DNA of 25,471 bases, from contig JAYPJE010000005.1 of NCBI GenBank assembly GCA_038128265.1, positions 87,589-113,059 on the forward strand. Direction: 5' to 3'. A program made the translations under genes and the position numbers. This document shows, piece after piece, positions 1 through 8,356 of the stretch. Under the pieces are notes generated by a model that ran no database searches, was not told the origin of the DNA, and saw nothing but the letters and a program-made list of their open reading frames with translations. Numbering within the stretch: position 1 is the first letter of the stretch; each line of letters begins with the position of its first letter. Source of the DNA: Gemmatimonadota bacterium. GTDB lineage: Bacteria; Latescibacterota; UBA2968; UBA8231.

Positions 1-1249
1 CTTCGGCGCGATACTTGGCTATCAGCTCGCGCAAACTGTCGGGCAGCGCACCGCCGGGACCGCCGCCACCGGGACCGCCGCCGCCGGGACCGCCACCGCC
101 CTGCCAGCCACCGCCGGGACCACCGCCGCCCTCCTCACGCTGCTCGGCGACCACTTCTACGCCCTCCTCGCCAACGACGCGCACAGCAGAGCCATCCTTG
201 AGGCCCTCGTGACCCACTGTTACCACCTGATCGCCCTCTTCCAGTCCGGAGACGATCTCCACCCGATCGCCCTCAACAAAACCAAGTTCGACATCAACTA
301 GAGCGACCTTGCCCTCCCGAACGGCAAAAACATCGTCGGCATCGGTCTCGAGGACCAGCGCTTTCTTGGGCACAATCAGCGCATTGGGTCGACTGTCGGT
401 AATAATGCGCACCGTGCAAAACATCCCCGGCTTTAACAGGCCGCTAGCCGGCACCTCAATAGTGACCTTAACCGTGCCGCTCTCCGGGTCTACCTTGGGG
501 CTGATCATGCGGATTTTCCCCTTGAACGACCGATCGGGCAGCGCTTCCACCGACACGGTGGCGGCCTGTCCCGGTTTCAGCTGGTACATGCGCCGCTCCG
601 GCACGAAGATGCGCACCAAGAGAGGGTCCATATCCGCAATAAAAAACAGTTCTTGGTTAGAGCGCACCAGCGTGCCCACTTCTACCATGCGCTCCATAAT
701 CACGCCGGAGATGGGTGCCTGCACGTCGGCATAGGCCAAGTTGAGCTTAGCCTCTTCGAGATCCACCTTGCTGTTCTCATAGCGCAGCTGCGTCGTCTCG
801 TACTCCGCTTGGCTAACCATTTTGTTCTCGTGCAGAACCTTTATCCGCTCGTAGTTGGTTTGGGCTTCGTTATAACCAGCCTGCACCTGGCGCATGCGCA
901 GCTCCAACTCCTCCTTGTCGAGCTTGGCCAAGACCTGCCCCTCTTTGACTCGGTCGCCCTCTTCGGCGCCCAGTTCTTGCAAAAAACCCGTCGCCCGGCC
1001 AAGGACGCTGATTTCTCGCTCCGCCTCGAGACGCGCATACGTTTCAACGTAGGAGTTCATCTCGCCGCGCACCGCATTCTCAGCCTTAACGGGAATCGCT
1101 GCAACGCCTCCGCGTCCACCGCCCCAATTGCCGCGTCCTCCCGGGCCGCCACCGGCCGATGCACTCTCTTCTTCCTCGCCACAGCCAGCCAAAGCAGTTG
1201 CGATCAGGGCCACAGAAGCACTCCATCTCAACAGCGTTTTACCGTTCAT
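1..1249 (-). CDS. RND efflux periplasmic adaptor (membrane fusion protein), lipoprotein; 3'-truncated by window edge
   Basis: Absent from ORF track (no stop in window). Manual translation from ATG 1249 (GGAGG SD just upstream): MNGKTLLRWSASVALIATALAGCGEEEE with lipobox LAGC; MFP motifs EEGDRVKEGQVLAKLD, APISGVI, ISPKVDPESGTVKV, LKPGMF, LIVPKKAL, VEIVSGLEEGDQVVTVG; frame open to base 2. Confidence 0.92.
   Translation of the reverse strand, partial: MNGKTLLRWSASVALIATALAGCGEEEESASAGGGPGGRGNWGGGRGGVAAIPVKAENAVRGEMNSYVETYARLEAEREISVLGRATGFLQELGAEEGDRVKEGQVLAKLDKEELELRMRQVQAGYNEAQTNYERIKVLHENKMVSQAEYETTQLRYENSKVDLEEAKLNLAYADVQAPISGVIMERMVEVGTLVRSNQELFFIADMDPLLVRIFVPERRMYQLKPGQAATVSVEALPDRSFKGKIRMISPKVDPESGTVKVTIEVPASGLLKPGMFCTVRIITDSRPNALIVPKKALVLETDADDVFAVREGKVALVDVELGFVEGDRVEIVSGLEEGDQVVTVGHEGLKDGSAVRVVGEEGVEVVAEQREEGGGGPGGGWQGGGGPGGGGPGGGGPGGALPDSLRELIAKYRAE
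51..130 (-). repeat. Coding low-complexity 15-nt repeat encoding (GGGGP)n in the MFP C-terminal tail
   Basis: ccgccgggaccgccg-type units; minus-strand frame reads GGGGPGGGWQGGGGGPGGGGPGGGGPGG. Confidence 0.8.
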
Positions 1250-1336
1250 TTGCCTCCAACAATACGCGCTATACACATCGGGGATATATGCCGCACGGAC
1301 TGCGCGACAAATCAGCCGAAAGAAAATAACAAAAAA

Positions 1337-1513
1337 TTAGTGTTTTGCCTCTTGAATGTGGCGCCTGTGGCGCGCATAGGGCGTTTCCACCTCATATTGC
1401 CGACAAAGGCGGGCAAAATAGCGCAGAGAAATGCCCAGTGCGGCGCTGGCATCCTTGTTCTGCTTATACATGCGCGCTGCGCGCATTATCGATTCTCGAC
1501 TCATCTTTTCCAT
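1337..1513 (-). CDS. Small (58 aa) basic Fis/HTH-like protein
   Basis: Below ORF-track cutoff. SD GGAAGGA 8 nt before ATG 1513; MEKMSRESIMRAARMYKQNKDASAALGISLRYFARLCRQYEVETPYARHRRHIQEAKH*, TAA at 1337-1339. NKDASAALGISLRYFARLCRQYEV matches the Fis-type NxxxAAxxLGIxRxTLYRKLxxYGI pattern. Confidence 0.75.
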   Translation of the reverse strand: MEKMSRESIMRAARMYKQNKDASAALGISLRYFARLCRQYEVETPYARHRRHIQEAKH

Positions 1514-1532
1514 CGCAACCGTCCTTCCGCTA

Positions 1533-1562
1533 CCGATCTGACTGACCAGTCAGTCAGATCGG
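1533..1562. promoter_or_regulatory. Perfect 14-bp inverted repeat (operator-like or hairpin), copy 1
   Basis: ccgatctgactgac-ca-gtcagtcagatcgg; the ACTGAC-N2-GTCAGT core resembles TetR/AcrR-family operators. Confidence 0.7.
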
Positions 1563-1619
1563 GATAAAGAAATGAAAAGCGCTCTGATTGTCAACCTTTT
1601 TCCATCGCAACCGTCCTTC

Positions 1620-1657
1620 CCCTCCGGTATGACTGACCAGTCAGTCATACCGGAGGG
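1620..1657. promoter_or_regulatory. Perfect 18-bp inverted repeat (operator-like or hairpin), copy 2
   Basis: ccctccggtatgactgac-ca-gtcagtcataccggaggg. Confidence 0.7.
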
Positions 1658-1706
1658 AGAAGTCAAGCCGCTCTATTTGTCAACACACTAAGGAACACAC
1701 ACCCCT

Positions 1707-1735
1707 TTAGACAGACCTCGTCGTCGATTTATTCC
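1707..1735 (-). promoter_or_regulatory. Putative ECF-sigma-type promoter
   Basis: Minus strand GGAAT-N18-GTCTAA pointing toward the duplicated cassette and HTH gene. Confidence 0.35.
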
Positions 1736-1816
1736 CCCCAAAAATAAAAAAATCCGATTCGCCCACCGATGATTTCCGCGCTATATTTCTCGCACACCCC
1801 ACAGAGGAGTCGAAAT

Positions 1817-2821
1817 ATGCTGAACATAGGCTTTATTGGCTGCGGAGGCATCGCCCGCCATCACGCCGCGCGCATAAAAGACCTCAAGAATGCGCGCATT
1901 GTCGCCGCCAGCGATGTAGTAGAACACGCCGCACGGGCATTTGCCGACGACTACGGCGCAGAATACCACTTTGATGATTTTCGCAAATTATTGAAATTAA
2001 AAGAAATAGATGCAATTTGGGTATGCACTCCAACGTTTCAGCACGCCCAACCGGTCATCGCCGCTGCGCGGGCGGGCAAGCACGTGTTCTGCGAGAAACC
2101 CATGGCGCTAAAAGTCGCCGAGGCCGAACGCATGGCCGAAGCCTGTGAACGGGCCGGCATCCGCCTGACCATCGGCTTTGTGCGCCGCTTTGACACATTT
2201 TGGGGCAAATTCAAGCACATCGTCCAGTCGGGCGCCGTAGGACGCCCCGTGCTCTGGCGCTTTGCCGGCGGCGGCAAGCCTTCTCGGCCCTGGTTTCGCG
2301 ATGTAAATAAGGGCGGGGGACCGCTCATCGACGGAGCGATACACAACTACGATTTTGCCCTGCAGGTCTTTGGTCCCGTTGCTTCCGTGCAATCGTCCTC
2401 CCTGCAGTTCGACTCGACGAGCGTGGGCGCCGATACGGCAACGGCTATTCTCAACTTTAAGAGCGGCGACCAGCACTCGCTGATCTGGTCGTGGGGCGTG
2501 GCAGCCGGCGCACAGGTAACGGGCTTGAACGACTTTATTGGTCCAAAGGGCAGCCTGCAATTTGGCATGACGGCCAAGGAGGCTCCCGCGTCTTTTAACC
2601 CCTCTACGCACGGTGCCTTTACCCTCAAAGGGGCCAACGGACGCGAAAAGGTCTATCCGTATCGCAAAAAAGACATGTTTCTCGAACAGGCAAAGCACGT
2701 CGTGCGCTGCTTTGAGCGCGACGAACAGCCCCTAGTCACTGCCGCTGATGGCATTGCCGCGCTGAAAATTGCCGATGCCGTGCTCAAGGCAGGGCGCAAA
2801 CAGGCGACCATCAAATTGTAG
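1817..2821 (+). CDS. Gfo/Idh/MocA family NAD(P)-dependent oxidoreductase
   Basis: GAGGAG SD before ATG 1817; IGFIGCGGIA Rossmann motif, GKHVFCEKPMA, GFVRRF, GGGPLIDGAIH. Confidence 0.93.
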   Translation: MLNIGFIGCGGIARHHAARIKDLKNARIVAASDVVEHAARAFADDYGAEYHFDDFRKLLKLKEIDAIWVCTPTFQHAQPVIAAARAGKHVFCEKPMALKVAEAERMAEACERAGIRLTIGFVRRFDTFWGKFKHIVQSGAVGRPVLWRFAGGGKPSRPWFRDVNKGGGPLIDGAIHNYDFALQVFGPVASVQSSSLQFDSTSVGADTATAILNFKSGDQHSLIWSWGVAAGAQVTGLNDFIGPKGSLQFGMTAKEAPASFNPSTHGAFTLKGANGREKVYPYRKKDMFLEQAKHVVRCFERDEQPLVTAADGIAALKIADAVLKAGRKQATIKL

Positions 2822-2852
2822 CGCTGCGGCCCCAAAGCGCCCAACAGCCCAT

Positions 2853-2892
2853 AAAAAAGCCGCTGTCGAACGCATCGGTTCGACAGCGGCTT
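2853..2892 (-). terminator. Intrinsic terminator between convergent genes
   Basis: 15-bp stem aagccgctgtcgaac / gttcgacagcggctt with 6-nt loop; A6 at 2853-2858 gives a U-tract on the minus strand. Confidence 0.8.
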
Positions 2893-2918
2893 GGCTGTAC
2901 TTTACGAAATCGGACCAC

Positions 2919-3827
2919 CTACAGATAACCGACCAACCCATCGCAGCCGTGTTGCACCTCGGCGGAACAGCCCATACCGCGCAAAATTTGCCGCGTTAGG
3001 TTGAGTTTGTTCTGGAGGAACTCATCCCCGTGTGACGGATCGTGGTGAATGACCATCCACCTCTTGGCCCCGCACACCTTGGCCAGAGTGCAGGCATTGG
3101 CCACCGACGTATGCCCCCATCCGACCTTGATCGGATACTCTTCCTGTGTATACTGGGCCTCGTGCAATAGCACATCCACGCCCGTGCAAAAATCGACGAG
3201 TTGGCCGTAGGTGGCCTCATTTTCACCCGTCAACTCCCGCAGCGGCTCCCCCATATAGCCCTTTAGAAACTCGTTGTCCGGCATATAGACCAGCTGCCTG
3301 TCGCCCACGGTCATTTTGTAGCCCACCGTCGCGCCGGGGTGGAACGTCGTCTCCCAGCTGATCTCTACGTCGCCGATGCGCACCGGTTCGTCTTTTATAT
3401 AGTTGAACTCGAGGTGGGCCTGCATGTCTTCCATTTGCACGGGGAAGTAGGCGCGATCGAGCTGGCCGCGAAATATCGACTCTAAATCCTGTTCGACATT
3501 GGGCGCAGCATAGACCGAAATCTCATAGCCAGCGATGTACGCCGGTGCGAAAAACGGAAAGCCCTGAATGTGGTCCCAGTGCGTGTGGGTGATAAAGAGA
3601 TGTATTCTGCGCGGGGGCGCCTTTAACAGGGACAGACCGACCTCGCGCAGACCAGAACCGGCATCAAAAATGATGCGCTCGCCGCCGTGTGCGAATTCCA
3701 TGCACGATGTATTGCCTCCGTGGCGAACGTATTGTGGCCCCGACACCGGTATGGAACCGCGCGTTCCCCAGAGCCGGTACATTCCGTGCGTTGCGTCGAT
3801 CTCTGGCTCGTATAATTCACTACCCAT
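2919..3827 (-). CDS. MBL-fold metallo-hydrolase (phosphodiesterase/RNase Z-like subgroup)
   Basis: WGTRGSIP, GGNTSC, FDAGSG, THTHWDHIQG (HxHxDH), HPG, GWGH, HHDP; AAGGAGG SD. Confidence 0.9.
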   Translation of the reverse strand: MGSELYEPEIDATHGMYRLWGTRGSIPVSGPQYVRHGGNTSCMEFAHGGERIIFDAGSGLREVGLSLLKAPPRRIHLFITHTHWDHIQGFPFFAPAYIAGYEISVYAAPNVEQDLESIFRGQLDRAYFPVQMEDMQAHLEFNYIKDEPVRIGDVEISWETTFHPGATVGYKMTVGDRQLVYMPDNEFLKGYMGEPLRELTGENEATYGQLVDFCTGVDVLLHEAQYTQEEYPIKVGWGHTSVANACTLAKVCGAKRWMVIHHDPSHGDEFLQNKLNLTRQILRGMGCSAEVQHGCDGLVGYL

Positions 3828-3996
3828 ACAGCCCTCCTTTACTGCTACAAAACGGCGTTTTCACTCGGTTCGCGCGCAGGGGAAACGACAGCGCATTGGG
3901 GTGTGCCGTTTTTCGCGGGTCGAGCAATGCCCTTTACTTCGCGTCAAGATACTAAGTCAATTGCCTCCATCCAACAATTATTGCGCTGCGCACACC

Positions 3997-4794
3997 TTAT
4001 CGACCCTTCCACTCGGGCGGACGCTTTTGTGAAAAAGCCAGCGGTCCTTCTATAAAATCGGCCGATTCGTAGAGCTTTTCCGCCTCGGGAAATACGCGAC
4101 CCACCGCATCTGACAGCGGCATATCCAAACCGCGTAGCGCCGCCTCTTTGCTGGCGCGCAGCGATAGGGGAGCGCACTCCATAATGTGCGCAACCCAGCG
4201 CTCGGCCGCTGCACGCAGTTCCGCTGCCGGCACCACCTCGTTAATCAGGCCGATGCGCAGCGCTTCCGGTGCTTCGACAAATTGCCCGCTCAGCACCATA
4301 GCCATCGCTGCGGCGTAGGGGACGCGGCGCATTAGGCGGTGTATGCCCGCACCGTCGGCCATTAACCCCCGGCGCACTTCTGGCAGCCCAAAACGCGCAT
4401 GCTCGGCCGCCACGACGATATCGCAGCCGAGCACCAGCTCAAAACCACCGCCTACGGCGTAGCCGTTGACCGCGGCCAGCAGCGGCTTCCAGCAGTCGCG
4501 CCCGCGCTGAAAGCCGAGCGCCTCGCCATCGGCCACCTCGCCGCGGTTGTGCGCGCGCGCGTCTTCGCCCTGTTCGCTGCGCCACTTCAGATCGGAGCCG
4601 GCGCTAAATGCGCGCTCGCCGCTGCCCGTCAGAACCCCCATCCATATCTCATCGTCGTCGCGCACGCGCTTCCAGGCATCGCGCAGTTCGGCCGCCATCG
4701 GCGGGTGCATGGCGTTGAGCACCTCCGGCCTGTTGAGCGTAATCCAAGCGACGCGCTCGCGCACCTCAAACACTATAAATTCGTAGTTGGCCAT
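3997..4794 (-). CDS. Enoyl-CoA hydratase/isomerase (crotonase) family, CaiD-like
   Basis: Likely start MANYEF at 4794; ITLNRPEVLNA, AFSAGSDL, KPLLAAVNGYAVGGGFEL, FGLPEVRRG, FSQKRPPEWKGR. Confidence 0.92.
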   Translation of the reverse strand: MANYEFIVFEVRERVAWITLNRPEVLNAMHPPMAAELRDAWKRVRDDDEIWMGVLTGSGERAFSAGSDLKWRSEQGEDARAHNRGEVADGEALGFQRGRDCWKPLLAAVNGYAVGGGFELVLGCDIVVAAEHARFGLPEVRRGLMADGAGIHRLMRRVPYAAAMAMVLSGQFVEAPEALRIGLINEVVPAAELRAAAERWVAHIMECAPLSLRASKEAALRGLDMPLSDAVGRVFPEAEKLYESADFIEGPLAFSQKRPPEWKGR

Positions 4795-5147
4795 AACGCC
4801 TTCATGCCTTTTTTTGAACGGACCACTGCATATGAGTCGCCCTCCGACCACCAGCCCTGCCAAACCTCGCGCATCCACTCCACCGTGGGTCTTGTGCGCT
4901 TAGCCGGGCATAAAGTTTCCCCACAAGCCATTCAAGATATATAAAAACAATTACTTGTATAAAGAAAAAAATTCGCGTATATACACATTTACATCCGTTT
5001 GCACACGCCAGGATCGCACAATTAGCACAGCGCCGTTTGGTGGACTATTGGCAGCCCGCGCGTTATTTTTTACTTGGATTTGGTCGATGCCGTCGTGCGC
5101 TACTGGCGCCGACTCGTCCGTGATAAGCAGGAAGTGAGGCACCGCTT

Positions 5148-5978
5148 ATGATAATCGATTCCCATACACACGCCTGGAAGCGGTGGCCCTATCAACCGCC
5201 CGTGCCCGATCCCAACAGCCGCGGCCTTGTCGAACAGCTGCTCTGGGAGATGGATCGCCACGGAGTGGACAGGGCGGTGCTGGTCTGCGCCCGCATTGAG
5301 CACAATCCCGACAACAACGACTATGTCGCCGAATGCGTGCGCCAATATCCGGAGCGCTTAATCCAATTTGCCGACGTCGACTGCTCTTGGAGCGATACGT
5401 ATCACGTGCCGGGCGCCGCACAGCGGCTCGAGCAGGCCGCTTACCAGTACCAGCTAAAAGGGTTCACGCACTATCTGAAAGGCGATGTCGAATGGTTCGC
5501 CTCCGACGAGGGACTGGCCTTTTTCGAGAAGGCAGCCGAGCGTAAGCTCATCGCCTCACTGGCATTAGGCCCCCAGTGGCAGCCGGCGCTGCGCGAACTG
5601 GCCCGAACATTTCCCACCGTGCCTTTTCTCTGCCACCATATGGCCGGAGCGCGCATGGGGGAAGACAGCATGGAAGAAGTGCTGCGCTCGTCCGAAGTCG
5701 AAAATATCTACATTAAACTATCCGGCTTTCACTACATATCGAGCGTGTCCTGGGACTACCCGCACTCAGACACGCATGCCGGTGTGCGCGCCCTGTATGA
5801 GCACTTTGGCGGCGGCCGCCTGTGCTGGGGATCCGATTACCCCGTCGTGCGCTTCAATATGACCTATCAGCACGCGCTGGAGGCCTTTCGCACCCACTGC
5901 CCATTTATCGCACCGGCCGACCGGGAAAAAATTCTCGGCGTGACCCTGCATAACTTGCTTGAACAGGCGGGAACGTGA
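5148..5978 (+). CDS. Amidohydrolase family protein (Amidohydro_2-like)
   Basis: N-terminal IIDSHTH (HxH), HH, NIYIKLSG, WGSDYP. Confidence 0.88.
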   Translation: MIIDSHTHAWKRWPYQPPVPDPNSRGLVEQLLWEMDRHGVDRAVLVCARIEHNPDNNDYVAECVRQYPERLIQFADVDCSWSDTYHVPGAAQRLEQAAYQYQLKGFTHYLKGDVEWFASDEGLAFFEKAAERKLIASLALGPQWQPALRELARTFPTVPFLCHHMAGARMGEDSMEEVLRSSEVENIYIKLSGFHYISSVSWDYPHSDTHAGVRALYEHFGGGRLCWGSDYPVVRFNMTYQHALEAFRTHCPFIAPADREKILGVTLHNLLEQAGT

Positions 5979-6748
5979 AGCGCAAAAAACTCGTATCGTG
6001 GAACGTCAACGGCATCCGCTCAGTGGCGCGCAAAGGCTTCCACGACTGGCTCATATCCGCCAAACCGGATGTGCTCGGCGTGCAGGAAACGCGAGCCTGG
6101 CCCGAACAGTTAGAAGACGACCTGCTGCACCCGCGGGGCTATAGGAGCTTTTTTTCCCGTGCAGAGAAAAAAGGCTATAGCGGCGTGGCGATCTATACAA
6201 GGGGAGAGCCGCTCGATGTGATTGAAGGTCTTGGTGACCCCGCCTTCGACCGCGAGGGGCGCACGCTGACGGCGCGCTTTGACGACTTCACCCTGATTAA
6301 TGCCTATTTCCCCAACGGCCAGCGCGACCATGCGCGCGTCCCGTACAAAATGGAGTACTGCGCGGCCTTTTTAGCCTATTGTAACGCCCTTAGCGCGCGC
6401 GGCGAGCGCCTAGTGCTGTGCGGCGATTTTAACACCGCACACCATCCCATCGACTTGGCGCGCCCAAAGGCGAATGAAAACACAACGGGGTTTTTGCCGG
6501 TGGAAAGAGCCTGGATAGACGAGTTAATCGGCGCCGGATATGTCGATATTTTTCGGGCGATCCACGGGGATGCGGAGGGACATTACACCTGGTGGTCAAA
6601 CCGCCAGGGCGTGCGCCAGCGCAATATTGGGTGGCGCATTGACTACCACTTTATAAGCGCGTGCCTGCAGCCGAGCGCCCACAAGGCCTATCACCTTCCC
6701 GAAGTGTTCGGCTCGGACCACTGCCCGCTCGCACTCGAAATAGCATAG
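5975..6748 (+). CDS. xth: Exodeoxyribonuclease III / AP endonuclease
   Basis: SWNVNGIR, QET, GYSGVA, YFPNG, GDFNTAH, YTWW, GWRIDY, GSDHCP; GTG start overlaps upstream TGA (GTGA). Confidence 0.95.
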   Translation: MKRKKLVSWNVNGIRSVARKGFHDWLISAKPDVLGVQETRAWPEQLEDDLLHPRGYRSFFSRAEKKGYSGVAIYTRGEPLDVIEGLGDPAFDREGRTLTARFDDFTLINAYFPNGQRDHARVPYKMEYCAAFLAYCNALSARGERLVLCGDFNTAHHPIDLARPKANENTTGFLPVERAWIDELIGAGYVDIFRAIHGDAEGHYTWWSNRQGVRQRNIGWRIDYHFISACLQPSAHKAYHLPEVFGSDHCPLALEIA

Positions 6749-6750
6749 AT

Positions 6751-8337
6751 ATGGAAACGGAACACACCGAGAGCACCGACTGGCAAACAGAGCTGCCAAG
6801 CAAGCTGCGCCTAGCGCTGTGGAAGCGCGTCGACCAACGCCTTCACCGCGGCGACGTGCTGATTACAGACGAACATTTTCTCGAGCTGATGCAGGAGGAG
6901 TTTAAGCGTTTAGTGGGCATGGAGGCTTCGCCCAAGATACGCACAGCCATGCTGGCTATGATCCGACGCGTCAATACCGAACATCCCAATAAGTACCTGG
7001 TTTTCGGCATAAAAAACGTGATGGTATCCTACACGCGCGCCCTATTAGACCGACTGGGCGACGATTCCGAGGAAGCCCTAAAAGAGGGTATTGAACGCAT
7101 TAAAAACATGGTGCGCGAAGGGCGTACCGTGCTCTTTTTGGAAAGCATCGGAATCGACCTAGGAGGCAAGGGACTGCCGCGCAGCATCGAACAGACCATC
7201 GAGCGCGTCGTCAACAGCAAGCAGTTGGATATGCCGCTCGACGAACTGATAGCCCGCGAACAGGAAAAGCGACCGGCCAAAAAGCCGCCCCGCAAGGAGA
7301 CCGCAGCACCTGCGGCAACTACGGTCCAATCAAAAGGCGAAGAGAAGGAAACAGAAGAGCTGTCGCCCTTGCAAAAGGCGCTTGCCGCCGACGAGGAAAA
7401 CAGGCAGCATGAGAAATCGATGGTAGAGCGCGAACAGCAAATCCTATCGGAGGAAATGGGGCGCGCACGCAACTATGTCACAGCCTATCAGCAACAGGGC
7501 CTACTCGACGACGACGACGTGCAAGCGCTCGAGCAGCTCCACGCCATCGACGACGCACTCAGCGCCGGCAGGATCGACCAGCAAGAGGCCGAGGTCCGGC
7601 GCAATATGGTCGAGAATCGACAGGTAGCCGACGAAAAGCTGCAGCATGCCATGCTCTTTGGCGTGCATCACACGCACATTTTTGAGGGGCTACGCCGGCT
7701 GCCAGTCGAGCGCGATGGCGTCTTTCGCCTGCTGATTCAGCATAAAGAGATCGTCATGGCAAACCGAGAGGAAGAGTTCAAACCCATTTTGGATACGCTG
7801 GCAAACGACGAAACCCTGCTAGAAAATGCGATCCAAATCGTCAAACGACAGGATCATGAGGTGCGCATGCTGCTGGCCAATTTGACGCCCTACCGCCACG
7901 CGACATCCGTTGGCAAAGTCACGTTTTGGCGCATTAGAGAGAGCTTTGTCGACGATCTGCGCTCGTTGGAGAGCGAGGAACTGTCGGAGCAGCTCAATTC
8001 GGCCGACGAGTTAAAGCGCACGCGCGCGGCGACGTCAATGAGCTGCATGGTAGAGCTCATCAGACAGCTCGTCAAAGAAACGCCGCTGCACATGAGCGTC
8101 CTGCGCTTGCACATTCGCAAGACCGCAGAGCGACTCTATTCGTCCGTGCCGCAGGCTTCGGCCGGCAGGCAGAAGGTAAAGAGCTTTCTCACCCAGCGCG
8201 TGCCGCGCCTCTTTCCCGACCTAAACAGCCAAGAGCTGGATCGCATCAATAAAGAGTGCGACGAAGTCATGTATCAGATCGAGTCTGAACGGGAAGAGGA
8301 TACCGACGATGGCTCGATGCGCGTCTTCCGCGTGTAG
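6751..8337 (+). CDS. Hypothetical alpha-helical/coiled-coil protein (528 aa)
   Basis: Long ORF; ATG 2 nt after xth stop; E/R/L-rich with a central low-complexity linker (KRPAKKPPRKETAAPAATT); no recognised motif. Confidence 0.75.
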   Translation: METEHTESTDWQTELPSKLRLALWKRVDQRLHRGDVLITDEHFLELMQEEFKRLVGMEASPKIRTAMLAMIRRVNTEHPNKYLVFGIKNVMVSYTRALLDRLGDDSEEALKEGIERIKNMVREGRTVLFLESIGIDLGGKGLPRSIEQTIERVVNSKQLDMPLDELIAREQEKRPAKKPPRKETAAPAATTVQSKGEEKETEELSPLQKALAADEENRQHEKSMVEREQQILSEEMGRARNYVTAYQQQGLLDDDDVQALEQLHAIDDALSAGRIDQQEAEVRRNMVENRQVADEKLQHAMLFGVHHTHIFEGLRRLPVERDGVFRLLIQHKEIVMANREEEFKPILDTLANDETLLENAIQIVKRQDHEVRMLLANLTPYRHATSVGKVTFWRIRESFVDDLRSLESEELSEQLNSADELKRTRAATSMSCMVELIRQLVKETPLHMSVLRLHIRKTAERLYSSVPQASAGRQKVKSFLTQRVPRLFPDLNSQELDRINKECDEVMYQIESEREEDTDDGSMRVFRV

Positions 8338-8356
8338 CTAACAGGGGATTCGTACA

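Larger units (their letters stand above)
1506..1684. repeat. Diverged tandem duplication of a ~90-bp unit (TTGACA - palindrome - SD - ATG on minus strand)
   Basis: ttttccatcgcaaccgtccttcc is identical at 1506-1528 and 1598-1620; TGACTGACCAGTCAGTCA is in both copies; both end in cgctct..ttgtcaac (1595, 1684). Confidence 0.9.

Noticed and set aside
15..212. Proline-rich (PPPGP)n ORF on + strand
   Set aside because: Antisense shadow of the Gly-rich tail of the minus-strand MFP gene.
653..1567. 304-aa + strand ORF
   Set aside because: Antisense to the MFP and small HTH genes, with no protein motifs.
1506..1684. Palindromic direct repeats as a mini-CRISPR, REP or MITE
   Set aside because: Only two units, the intervening sequence is itself homologous rather than unique spacer, and there are no cas/transposase genes or target-site duplication.
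1560..1684. Two TTGACA boxes as complete sigma70 promoters
   Set aside because: Hexamers 17 nt downstream (TTCTTT, TCTCCC) are poor -10 matches; kept only as part of the repeat.
3828..3996. Possible riboswitch in the MBL-hydrolase leader (aaaacggc/gccgtttt pairing)
   Set aside because: Only an 8-bp complementarity and no recognisable aptamer consensus.
4920..5000. AT-rich patch as foreign DNA
   Set aside because: Short and located between divergent genes, so most simply a promoter region (same for 20315-20345).
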